In this document: piece after piece, positions 1-7,950 of the stretch
Numbering within the stretch: the stretch's first letter is position 1
How the letters are laid out: every line of letters begins with the position of its first letter
Assembly: GCA_964579045.1 (NCBI GenBank)
Contig: CAZOHR010000001.1
Coordinates: forward strand, 1 to 43,793
DNA from: an uncultured Bacteroidales bacterium
GTDB taxonomy: Bacteria > Bacteroidota > Bacteroidia > Bacteroidales > ML635J-15
Length of the DNA: 43,793 bases
Direction of reading: 5' to 3'
Program-made: the position numbers and the translations under genes
The notes under the pieces: model-generated
The model's input: only the letters and a program-made list of their open reading frames with translations
Told to the model about the DNA's origin: nothing
Databases searched by the model: none

Positions 1-107
1 ACAGATAAATCCGTAGGAGCTACCTGTACAGCAATATCCAGCGCACGGTTCAATCCAGTAGAATTACCAATAATCTCAAATCTTTGTTTTATACTTTGCA
101 AGTCCAT
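1..107 (-). CDS. sigma-54-interacting AAA+ transcriptional activator, first 35 codons only (gene runs off the window start)
   Basis: Absent from the ORF track. My own minus-strand translation from the ATG (complement of 105-107) gives MDLQSIKQRFEIIGNSTGLNRALDIAVQVAPTDLSV... From memory this matches the stretch directly preceding the Walker-A box of REC-less sigma-54 enhancer-binding proteins of Bacteroidota. A TAACTTTG box lies 29 nt upstream. Confidence 0.5.
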   Translation of the reverse strand, partial: MDLQSIKQRFEIIGNSTGLNRALDIAVQVAPTDLS

Positions 108-135
108 AATTGCCTCAAACAAAATAATTTAGGTG

Positions 136-143
136 CAAAGTTA
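136..143 (-). promoter_or_regulatory. putative Bacteroidota sigma-A -7 box (TAACTTTG) for the sigma-54 activator gene
   Basis: Exact match to the TAnnTTTG consensus on the minus strand, 29 nt upstream of the ATG at 107. Confidence 0.35.
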
Positions 144-216
144 ATAAAAATTGTAAAATATTTTGATTCATAGTTTCATTTGCAAATTTATCCTGATGTT
201 GTTAGTTGAAATTTAT

Positions 217-224
217 TAATTTTG
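217..224 (+). promoter_or_regulatory. putative -7 box (TAATTTTG) for the metallophosphoesterase-like gene
   Basis: Exact TAnnTTTG match 22 nt upstream of the ATG at 246. Confidence 0.35.
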
Positions 225-245
225 TAGAATAATGAGTAGGTTAAT

Positions 246-1106
246 ATGAAATTACAACTTATAATTTTGTCATTATTTGTGACAATTATACATACGGTAT
301 CTCTTTCACAAAATCAAGCATACTCTTTCTTTATTGCAGGACATTCTTATGGAATTGTAGGTGGTCAAAACAAAGGGCTGCATCCACAATTTGTAAAAGA
401 ATTTGAATATCTTAAAACCCGCCAGGAGATAGAACTTGGATTTTTATTGGGTGATATAATACGTTTTCCTAACGAAGAGGGTTTTGATTCAATTGACAGC
501 GAAATCGAGAAACTGGGTTTTCCAGTTTGTATTGCTGCTGGAAATCATGAAATGAAAAACCGAGAGCTTTTTGAAGCTAGATATGGGCCAAGTTATTATA
601 AGTTTATGCATAATGGCGATCTTTTTATTATTCTTAATCCAAATATTGATGCTTGGAATATTAGTGGAGACCAACTTGCATTTCTGAAGAAAACATTAGA
701 TGAAGATGCTTCAGAATCAGCTAATATATTTGTTCTTTTTCATCAATTGTTGTGGGTTGACAACGATAATATTTACAATAAAATAATCCCTAATTCTTTT
801 GAGGGTAGAGCTGACTCAATAAATTTTTGGACAGAGGTTGAACCACTATTTAAGAATCTTAAAAACAATGTTGTCTTTTGTGCAGGTGATTTAGGAGCAT
901 TTACTTGGTGCCAGAATTTTATGTATGATTCATATGCAAACATAAGTTTGGTTGCGTCTGGCATGGGCGATGGAGAAGGAGATAATTTTATTATTGTAAA
1001 TGTTGATGAAAACAAAAATATAAGTTTCGAGATTATTTGCTTGAGTCCCCAAAAGCAAAATTGTGATAAGGACATTACCAAATTTAAAATTTCAGATGCG
1101 AAGTAA
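246..1106 (+). CDS. secreted calcineurin-like metallophosphoesterase-family protein with divergent motifs
   Basis: 286-aa ORF. Signal peptide MKLQLIILSLFVTIIHTVSLSQ. Motifs LLGDIIRF (GDxxxR-like), AAGNHE (GNHE) and VLFHQ are present. The first (GDxH) and last (GHxH) metal-binding motifs are not canonical (AGHSYG, CAGDLG). Confidence 0.6.
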   Translation: MKLQLIILSLFVTIIHTVSLSQNQAYSFFIAGHSYGIVGGQNKGLHPQFVKEFEYLKTRQEIELGFLLGDIIRFPNEEGFDSIDSEIEKLGFPVCIAAGNHEMKNRELFEARYGPSYYKFMHNGDLFIILNPNIDAWNISGDQLAFLKKTLDEDASESANIFVLFHQLLWVDNDNIYNKIIPNSFEGRADSINFWTEVEPLFKNLKNNVVFCAGDLGAFTWCQNFMYDSYANISLVASGMGDGEGDNFIIVNVDENKNISFEIICLSPQKQNCDKDITKFKISDAK

Positions 1107-1117
1107 CGCCCTTATAA

Positions 1118-1828
1118 TCATAGACTTACTTCGTAGAATTTAGATATCCCATCAACATATTTTGAATTCCTGGTCATGCGAAAAGGAAGCGTGTTTATTA
1201 CTGAAGAAGCACTATCATTATATAGTTCATTATATTTTATTTCAACAACAATCTCCGGGTCAACAAATGAGTCGTTTAAACGGTTATAGACTTCTCCTAA
1301 TTTAAAGTATTCTATTTTTGAGTCTATTGTAAGTCTAAAATTACCGCTTAAGTCCCTAAAGTATTCTCTGTGATATCTGTTCATCAGCTTTATTTCAAGA
1401 CCAGCAATTTCGTCAAAAACTTCAGGTGTGATTTCAGAGTGGCGAAAAATATTTCTAAAGAATTGGGTTGAAATATTCTCTGTAATTTCGAAATCGGGAA
1501 GTAGAAACGACATTTTTGTTCCACGGTATCCAGATTTTATTTTGATTTCAAAAACAGCACCACAAACAGTTCCAGTTTTCTCGCCATACCAGCGTATTCT
1601 GTATTTTTTTCTATCAGAATCTCCTCCAATGTTGTCGAAGAATGAATCCAATTCAGGAGTATCAAAATAGATATTATTTACAAAACGAGGATTAAAAATA
1701 CAGCGAAAAAATGCCTCAGATGAAAGAACAATATTCCTTATTTGTTGATATGACAAGGCAGAGGGTTTGAATTTTCTTTCATACCTATAGTTTTCGAGTT
1801 TTGTGTATTTAATTTCTTCGTTCTCCAT
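1118..1828 (-). CDS. VTC-domain protein (CYTH-like triphosphate-tunnel fold, polyphosphate-polymerase-like)
   Basis: 236 aa with no signal peptide. N-terminal YRYERKF (CYTH ExK-type strand). Alternating charged beta-strand segments (KYRIRWYGE, VFEIKIK, VVEIKY). Its start codon overlaps the stop of the upstream DUF4956 gene (TAATG). The CotH/DUF4956/VTC gene context fits this family. Confidence 0.65.
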   Translation of the reverse strand: MENEEIKYTKLENYRYERKFKPSALSYQQIRNIVLSSEAFFRCIFNPRFVNNIYFDTPELDSFFDNIGGDSDRKKYRIRWYGEKTGTVCGAVFEIKIKSGYRGTKMSFLLPDFEITENISTQFFRNIFRHSEITPEVFDEIAGLEIKLMNRYHREYFRDLSGNFRLTIDSKIEYFKLGEVYNRLNDSFVDPEIVVEIKYNELYNDSASSVINTLPFRMTRNSKYVDGISKFYEVSL

Positions 1829-2499
1829 TATTGAATATCCACAAAAGAAACAGAAGCATTTTCAAGTTTAAGTAGATCGTTTTTACACTCAGTTAGAATT
1901 CCAATATTTTTAACTCTTACCCTAAATGCAAGGTCAAGATTAGTTTTATTCTGATCAAAACGTCTGAGAGTTGGTCTGCTAAACTTTGAATTTACTATCG
2001 AAATAATATTTTCCATATCTCCATCTTTAGGATTTTGTAAATTTACAATCAGGTTATATGAGTTAAGTTTGTTCATTGGTTTTATAAAATATCTTACCCA
2101 AATAACAGATAGTAGCACAAGGAATGCAATAATTGTAACTACTGGCTGATTGGCACCCATTCCCAAGCCAGTTGCTATTGCTAGGAAAAGATATGAAAGT
2201 TCTTCGGGCTCTTTAATTGCAGCACGATAGCGAACAATCGACAAGGCGCCTACTAGACCTAAAGAAAGAGCAACAGAACTTCCTACCAAAGTTATAATGA
2301 GCATTGTGGTTAATGAAACCATAATGAAATTGTATGAAAACTGGCTTTTGTTTGAAAGACTGTTTGCACAGCGACGATATGTTAACTCAAGTAATATTGA
2401 CAAAACTATCGTCATTGCAGCATTTATCAAAAAGAGTTTAATATCAATCTCCTGCTGCTCAAAATTGAAGTACTGTAAGATCTTTTCGTAATTATTCAT
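1828..2499 (-). CDS. DUF4956-family multi-pass inner-membrane protein
   Basis: 223 aa. About four hydrophobic segments (LFLINAAMTIVLSILL, FIMVSLTTMLIITLVGSSVALSLGLVGAL, LSYLFLAIATGLGMG, VVTIIAFLVLLSVIWV). Contains the LSIVRYRAAIKEPEE motif I associate with DUF4956. Soluble C-terminal ~80 aa. Confidence 0.6.
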   Translation of the reverse strand: MNNYEKILQYFNFEQQEIDIKLFLINAAMTIVLSILLELTYRRCANSLSNKSQFSYNFIMVSLTTMLIITLVGSSVALSLGLVGALSIVRYRAAIKEPEELSYLFLAIATGLGMGANQPVVTIIAFLVLLSVIWVRYFIKPMNKLNSYNLIVNLQNPKDGDMENIISIVNSKFSRPTLRRFDQNKTNLDLAFRVRVKNIGILTECKNDLLKLENASVSFVDIQ

Positions 2500-2532
2500 A
2501 GTTTAAAGTATTATTTTGTAAAAATATTGAAA

Positions 2533-5529
2533 TTATTCGTAAAACATTGCAAACAATCTTGGTTTCTTTCCTTGGTAAATGACACCATTTAATTTTAGAG
2601 ATGAACCTTTTTCAATTAGGGACGATACCCCAACGTTAGATAACTTACAATTATTAGCGCTAATAAATGCTGGACCGAATTCAGGTTTCTTTTGCATTAT
2701 CACAAAGCCATAAACTGCATTATTTATTGAAACATTATCCAATTCGGCTGATGAGAGATCTTTGCTTGATATTCCTATGTTAACATTTTCGATATTCACA
2801 GTTGAGATTCTTGCTTTTGAATTTTCTCCAATGCTAATACCTTTATCCACACATCCAGAGATATCACAACTGATAATTTCCACATTACTGGTTGAGAAAT
2901 CAATAGCATCATTTCCAGCATTTATAAACTTACAATTTTTAACAATGCCGGTACAAAAGTCTGAGTCATGAGAATCACCAAACGTGTTTTTAATAATACA
3001 GTCGTGAATATAAAAATCGCATCTAATGGTATTAATCATATCTTCACTATAGTTATCCGAGAAAATTGAATTGCTGATTTCGACATCGGATTCATAAAAT
3101 ACTACAGCACCAGTAAGTATCCAATCATTATAATTGATAGTGTTTAGATTGCTGAATTCTGTGTATTTAATTACAGATTTATTACTTGCTTGTAGGATAG
3201 TAAATCCCATAGCAGATTTGTCGGAAGAGGATATTTTTATCGGATTTTCTTTTGTGCCATTTAGCAATACTCCTGAGTTACTAATAAAGGCAGACCCATT
3301 TACCAAATCAATTTCTGTTCCTGGATTAATAACCACTGTATATCCTTTTGGAATATAAATATGCTCTTTGAATTTTAATTTCCCTGTAAATACAATTTGT
3401 TTATTTTCTTGGTTGGTGTACTTGGTTAAATCCATTGAGTTTGATGCAATATCTGTTCTTGGATTATATTTTGTTGGGGCTGGCCATTTACTGATTGGCA
3501 CCATAAAAACAGAGTCTTTTAGTGCTAGTTTAAAATATAGAAATTCACAATCTGTTAAATCAGTGTTTGTACTTAACAGCTTTTCAAGAGCTTTGTCAGG
3601 ATTGTTGTTTTGAATTTCTATATTTAACTCATGTGTCAACTTTTCTTTTGTGCCAAAGCCTTGAATAATTATTGCATCGTTAAGGAATATTTTAAGTAAA
3701 AATTCCTTTTCATTTTGTTTAAAGCAGTTAATATATTTATCAGCAACTATGTCGGTTCTGTAAATTCTTTTTGAGTCCATTGGCATATTGGCCAAATTCT
3801 TTATTTTTTGCTGATACTCGCTGTTTGAAAGTGAATCACAAAATGCCGGCAATAAGCTAGTTATTCTTGTAGTAACCCAATCAAACTGTTCTATATTCAT
3901 ATTGTAGTTGGAAAACTCTTTTTTTAATAATTGGTCATTTAGAGAATATGAATTTATGAATTCTTTTCTTGTGTCAGAAAAATGTTTCTCGCTCGTAAAA
4001 ACACGAAGATATTTTAAGTAAGAATTTGCAAAACTAGTATCAGAAATAAGGTAGTATGTTGATGCTTTTAATTTGGAACAGTCGAAGTCGTCTGGCATAA
4101 ATGAAATTGGAAAGTCGTTGTGATAAACAGATTCGCCAGCAAACATATCAAATCCTATTGGTTCGAGTCTTGATAAAACAGGGTTATAATAATATCGGAT
4201 ATTATGCCATTCAAGCGCATGAAATGCATTTCTCGAGTTTAATAGAGCATAAAATTTTGCCGTTTTGTCAACATCAAAAATTTCTGATGCTGGTGCGGAC
4301 ATGTTTCTAAAGCATTCGAGAAGGTTTTGCGCAACCAAAAAAGTGTTAAATTGTGCACTGTCACTCAATGTTTTATCTTTCCCAAAAGGCTCAATAACAC
4401 TTGATTCAAATGAAAATTCGCTAGCCATTTTCAATCTCATAAAATCCCACATTCCAGCTTCAGAAAATTTAATTACCAATCCTTCTCTTCTTTTATTGCT
4501 TTCAATTAATTCTTTCTGAAAATGCTCTTCGTAGGCGTATAAACCATAGGACTTCCCATTGATATATACTGGTACAAACCCATATCTTGATGTAAGTAAA
4601 TCTTCTTTTAGAAATTCTTTATGCAATAACCACTCATTTAAGAATGCTCTAGTCTTTGGCGTGTGAATTGAAAAAACCGACATTCCATTCCAACTACCTT
4701 CTTTTAATTTAATTCTGTACGACCATTTGTCTCCACTTAGATGATCAAGCCAATCTCCTTTTAATCTCATCTCAGCTTCAATCATTTTTCCATCAATGTA
4801 TATTAATGCTTTTACATAGCTGTCGTCTTCGGTTATTAAAACTCCTTTTTTTAATGCTTCATTACGTTTCGCTTCTAGTTTCTCGAATTCTGTCTGTTGG
4901 ATATAAATTAATAGAGGTTCAATTTCTTTGAATTCAGGGTATTTCTTTTCTTTTTTTATTTCTATTTTAAAATCGTCGATATAGGTTTCTTGAAATGCTG
5001 AATTAAAAACATAAAAAGCCAAACTATCATTAAAACTTGCTTCAGTAAATACTTCTATTTCAATTTGTTTCCAATCGTCATCAGGATCACCAATGTTTAT
5101 ATTTGATATATAGTAGAAGTTTTTATCGGCAACACCTTGCAAAACAAGATATGCATCAGACCCTTTTTTAATCGATAAGCTAACCTTTAGATATTTTGAA
5201 CCTTTTACTCCCCCAAGTTTTATTAAACTTTGATATTGCTGCCAAGAATTTATTTTTAAACTATTATTACCAGAATTTGAGATGCTATCAATTATTTTAC
5301 TCTCTAAACAATTAACATTCAGACCTTTAATGTTTGTATATATTTGCCCAGTGTCTGAGGAGTGCTCAAAATCGCAAATGATAATCTCATCAATATATAC
5401 CTGCTTTTTGGGAAGCATGTTATTGTATATCGACATAATCCCCAAAAGTAGCAACAGCAAGATAATGATTGAAATAAAATCTTTAATTTGCTTTTGTTTT
5501 ATTGATTTTCCGATATTCTTGATTGCCAT
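2533..5529 (-). CDS. membrane-anchored CotH-family atypical protein kinase with a C-terminal right-handed beta-helix region
   Basis: 998 aa. N-terminal signal anchor (FISIIILLLLLLGIMSIY). CotH core at roughly nt 3880-4850 (MRLKGDWLDHLSGDKWSYRIKLK..., FLNEWLLHKEFLKEDLLTSRYGFVPVYINGKSYGLYAYEEHF). The C-terminal ~300 aa are parallel beta-helix repeats (NAGNDAIDFSTSNVEIISCDISGCVDKGISIGENSKARIS...). Confidence 0.75.
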   Translation of the reverse strand: MAIKNIGKSIKQKQIKDFISIIILLLLLLGIMSIYNNMLPKKQVYIDEIIICDFEHSSDTGQIYTNIKGLNVNCLESKIIDSISNSGNNSLKINSWQQYQSLIKLGGVKGSKYLKVSLSIKKGSDAYLVLQGVADKNFYYISNINIGDPDDDWKQIEIEVFTEASFNDSLAFYVFNSAFQETYIDDFKIEIKKEKKYPEFKEIEPLLIYIQQTEFEKLEAKRNEALKKGVLITEDDSYVKALIYIDGKMIEAEMRLKGDWLDHLSGDKWSYRIKLKEGSWNGMSVFSIHTPKTRAFLNEWLLHKEFLKEDLLTSRYGFVPVYINGKSYGLYAYEEHFQKELIESNKRREGLVIKFSEAGMWDFMRLKMASEFSFESSVIEPFGKDKTLSDSAQFNTFLVAQNLLECFRNMSAPASEIFDVDKTAKFYALLNSRNAFHALEWHNIRYYYNPVLSRLEPIGFDMFAGESVYHNDFPISFMPDDFDCSKLKASTYYLISDTSFANSYLKYLRVFTSEKHFSDTRKEFINSYSLNDQLLKKEFSNYNMNIEQFDWVTTRITSLLPAFCDSLSNSEYQQKIKNLANMPMDSKRIYRTDIVADKYINCFKQNEKEFLLKIFLNDAIIIQGFGTKEKLTHELNIEIQNNNPDKALEKLLSTNTDLTDCEFLYFKLALKDSVFMVPISKWPAPTKYNPRTDIASNSMDLTKYTNQENKQIVFTGKLKFKEHIYIPKGYTVVINPGTEIDLVNGSAFISNSGVLLNGTKENPIKISSSDKSAMGFTILQASNKSVIKYTEFSNLNTINYNDWILTGAVVFYESDVEISNSIFSDNYSEDMINTIRCDFYIHDCIIKNTFGDSHDSDFCTGIVKNCKFINAGNDAIDFSTSNVEIISCDISGCVDKGISIGENSKARISTVNIENVNIGISSKDLSSAELDNVSINNAVYGFVIMQKKPEFGPAFISANNCKLSNVGVSSLIEKGSSLKLNGVIYQGKKPRLFAMFYE

Positions 5530-5627
5530 GTTTTTATGGGAGAAGTAACAGGATTAAATGCAATATAGTTATTGTAAATAGCTGCTTTTTAATGATTGAA
5601 AATTTGATGCAATAATTTTTGTGGTAA

Positions 5628-6788
5628 TTACAAAGGTCTGGCATAAGCCACAACATCTTCTGCATTTATTGATGCACCACATAAAATTACCAATCGCTCG
5701 ATAACATTTCTAAATTCGCGAATGTTTCCAGTCCAGTTGATTTTTGATAGTTCATCAATCGCTGCAGGGTTTATTTTCTTTAAAGGAACACCCTGTTCAT
5801 TGCACGACATTTCGATAAAATAGTCAGCTAGTAATGGGATATCCTCTTTTCTGCTATTAAGAGAAGGTACATGAATGAGGATTACACTAAGTCTGTGGTA
5901 TAAATCTTCTCTGAAGTTAGTTTTTTCAATCTCAGAGCTTAAGTTTTTATTTGTGGCAGCAATAATTCGCACATTAACATCTATATCTTTGTCGCTTCCA
6001 ACTCTCGAAATTTTATTTTCCTGTAAGGCTCTCAAAACCTTTGCTTGTGCCGATAAGCTCATGTCGCCAATTTCGTCAAGAAAAATAGTACCACCATCTG
6101 CTTGCTCAAATTTTCCCTTACGCTGTTTAATCGCAGAGGTAAAAGCTCCTTTTTCGTGACCAAATAGTTCACTTTCAATAAGTTCGGAAGGAATAGCAGC
6201 ACAATTTACTTCAATAAAAGGAGCTTGTGCCCTATTGCTTTTTTCATGCAGCCATCTTGCAACAACCTCCTTGCCAGTACCATTTTCACCAGTTATTAAA
6301 ACTCTTGCATCAGTTGGAGCAACTCTGTCAATCATATCTTTAACCTTTTTGATTGCAGCCGATTCGCCAATCATCTGATACTTCATACTAACCTTCTTTT
6401 TTAAGGTTTTTGTTTCCATTATCAGATTCGATTTGTCTAGAGCATTGCGCAGGGTAATCATTATTCTGTTTAGGTCGAGAGGCTTTGGAATAAAATCGAA
6501 AGCTCCTTTTTTTATTGCCTCCACAGCCGTTTCGATATTGCCATGACCCGAAATCATTACCACTGGAACTTCGGGAGCCGATTCGTGCAGACTTTCTAGC
6601 ACTTCGATTCCATCCATCTGTGGCATTTTGATGTCACAAAATATTACATCATAAGTGTTTTCTGCTGCAAGCTGAATTCCGGTTTTTCCGTCTTCTGCCA
6701 AATCAACATTATGACTTTCAAAAGTAAGAATATCTTTCAGCGTGTTTCTAATGCTACGCTCGTCATCAATAATAAGTATTTTAGCCAT
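5628..6788 (-). CDS. sigma-54-dependent response regulator (REC + AAA+), lacking a C-terminal HTH domain
   Basis: The real start is MAKILIIDDERS (ATG at complement 6786-6788), not the ORF-track start at 6878. REC acceptor FCDIKMPQMDG. Walker A GENGTGKE, GAFTSA loop, Walker B FLDEIG. The protein ends ~25 aa after the AAA+ lid (..RNVIERLVILCGASINAEDVVAYARPL). Confidence 0.9.
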   Translation of the reverse strand: MAKILIIDDERSIRNTLKDILTFESHNVDLAEDGKTGIQLAAENTYDVIFCDIKMPQMDGIEVLESLHESAPEVPVVMISGHGNIETAVEAIKKGAFDFIPKPLDLNRIMITLRNALDKSNLIMETKTLKKKVSMKYQMIGESAAIKKVKDMIDRVAPTDARVLITGENGTGKEVVARWLHEKSNRAQAPFIEVNCAAIPSELIESELFGHEKGAFTSAIKQRKGKFEQADGGTIFLDEIGDMSLSAQAKVLRALQENKISRVGSDKDIDVNVRIIAATNKNLSSEIEKTNFREDLYHRLSVILIHVPSLNSRKEDIPLLADYFIEMSCNEQGVPLKKINPAAIDELSKINWTGNIREFRNVIERLVILCGASINAEDVVAYARPL

Positions 6789-6808
6789 GGCTTTGTTTTT
6801 TCTTTTTG

Positions 6809-6816
6809 CAAAGATA
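6809..6816 (-). promoter_or_regulatory. putative -7 box (TATCTTTG) for the response-regulator gene
   Basis: Exact TAnnTTTG match on the minus strand, 21 nt upstream of the ATG at 6788. Confidence 0.35.
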
Positions 6817-6837
6817 AAAAAAGAACAGGATAATTGC

Positions 6838-6894
6838 AAATCACAATCCGCCGTGGCGGACAAATCGCAAAATAGCACGATTCCCTTGTGATTT
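6838..6894 (-). terminator. possible structured 3' element / weak intrinsic terminator after the MORN-repeat gene
   Basis: On the minus strand, the GC hairpin TCCGCC-AC-GGCGGA (plus-strand 6847-6860) is followed by TTGTGATTTGC. The 9-nt arms AAATCACAA (6838-6846) and TTGTGATTT (6886-6894) are also complementary. It lies between the stop at 6898 and the next promoter box. Confidence 0.3.
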
Positions 6895-6897
6895 TAT

Positions 6898-7719
6898 TTA
6901 TTTTTCCGATTTACTTTCCTTAACCAATATTTCTGGAAATGTTTCTTCTTTTATCATTTTTCCACTTTCGTCGAAGTACTGCCATAGTCCAGTTTTTTGA
7001 TTCTCAGAAAATTGACCTTTAATTGCTAAAATGTTTGGGTTATGGTATTTCTCAAAACTTCCTTGTTTTACGTTCGCTTTGAATTGTATTTTCTCTTTTA
7101 TATTTCCGTCTTCAAAATATTCTGTTTCAAATCCTTGCTTCTGGTTTTCTACAAAATCGGTCTCTCTTAATATTTTGCCCGATTTATAATACTCTTTCCA
7201 TGTGCTATTTTTTTTCGATAATACATAAGTGATTTCTCCCTGCAATTCACCTGTTTCATAGTAATACAGCCAAGTGCCGGTTTTTTTATGTTTTTCGTAA
7301 AACTGTACTTCACGCAGGTTTCCGTTTTCAAAAAAGTATTCCCATTTTCCAGTTTTCTGACCAATTATATAATTCTCAACAAATTTTTTATTCCCATTTT
7401 CAAAATATCCACAAAATTCACCATCTAGTTTGCCTTCTTTGTATTGTGCCGATGTTTTTTTCTTGCCGTCAGAATAATACTTTACCCATTTCCCATCTTG
7501 CAAATTATCTTTGTAGGTTCCTTTTTCTTTTATTTCGCCAGTTTCATAATATGTAGTGTGTTTACCATTAAGTCTGTTATTCTTATATTTGGTTACAGAC
7601 ATTTTTTGACCATTTTTGTAAGTGCTGGTAATCGTCCACACAGAGTCTTTTTGATTTCCAGCAAAGACAAAATAAGAACACACCAACATGACTAAAACTG
7701 AAACTATTGAAGCTTTCAT
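6898..7719 (-). CDS. secreted MORN-repeat-variant (YwqK-like) protein
   Basis: 273 aa. Signal peptide MKASIVSVLVMLVCSYFVFAG. About ten copies of the G-x-W-x-YY/F-x-x-G-x-(K/L) repeat (GKWVKYYSDGKK, GKWEYFFENGNL, GTWLYYYETGEL, GLWQYFDESGKM). Confidence 0.7.
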   Translation of the reverse strand: MKASIVSVLVMLVCSYFVFAGNQKDSVWTITSTYKNGQKMSVTKYKNNRLNGKHTTYYETGEIKEKGTYKDNLQDGKWVKYYSDGKKKTSAQYKEGKLDGEFCGYFENGNKKFVENYIIGQKTGKWEYFFENGNLREVQFYEKHKKTGTWLYYYETGELQGEITYVLSKKNSTWKEYYKSGKILRETDFVENQKQGFETEYFEDGNIKEKIQFKANVKQGSFEKYHNPNILAIKGQFSENQKTGLWQYFDESGKMIKEETFPEILVKESKSEK

Positions 7720-7780
7720 AATCTTTTATTATTTAGTTATTCTGTAAAAACTAGAATCAAGTTCGTGTACTTTTATTTTT

Positions 7781-7911
7781 GTAATCGGTAATCTGTAATC
7801 AGTAATCAGTGGTTTTTCATTGCCGCTATCGCTAATTGGAATTACACTTTAGTTATAAAAAGTAGAATCTCGAGCTTACTACAATTTTACCGATTACCTA
7901 CTACTGATTAC
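7781..7911. repeat. intergenic inverted array of GTAATC(A/G)GT nonamers
   Basis: Three forward copies at 7781-7810 (gtaatcggt, gtaatcagt, gtaatcagt). Two reverse-complement copies at 7889-7897 (accgattac) and 7903-7911 (actgattac). A direct pair aaaaactagaatc (7746-7758) / aaaaagtagaatc (7856-7868) lies in the same region. Confidence 0.5.
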
Positions 7912-7950
7912 ATAATAATAACAGAGACCTAAAACATCTACCATAATCTT

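Noticed and set aside
489-1081. Antisense ORFs 489-674 and 773-1081 within the metallophosphoesterase gene. Similar short overlapping ORFs occur elsewhere (for example 1428-1670, 2297-2491, 2762-5548 on the plus strand, 9126-9531, 11480-11713, 12041-12391, 37257-39209 and 39733-41821).
   Set aside because: All are embedded in longer ORFs with recognisable domains on the opposite strand or in another frame. They have low-complexity or hydrophobic composition typical of AT-rich shadow ORFs and lack promoter boxes.
6789-6878. The N-terminal 30-codon extension of the response-regulator ORF (MLFCDLSATADCDLQ...).
   Set aside because: The extension overlaps the putative terminator hairpin and the TATCTTTG promoter box and has no REC-domain counterpart. 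MAKILIIDD is the canonical REC start.
6898-7719. A YwqK-family 'antitoxin' label, suggesting a toxin-antitoxin or polymorphic-toxin immunity locus.
   Set aside because: The protein has a signal peptide, is made only of MORN-variant repeats, and has no toxin-like gene on either side. There is no evidence for a TA pair.
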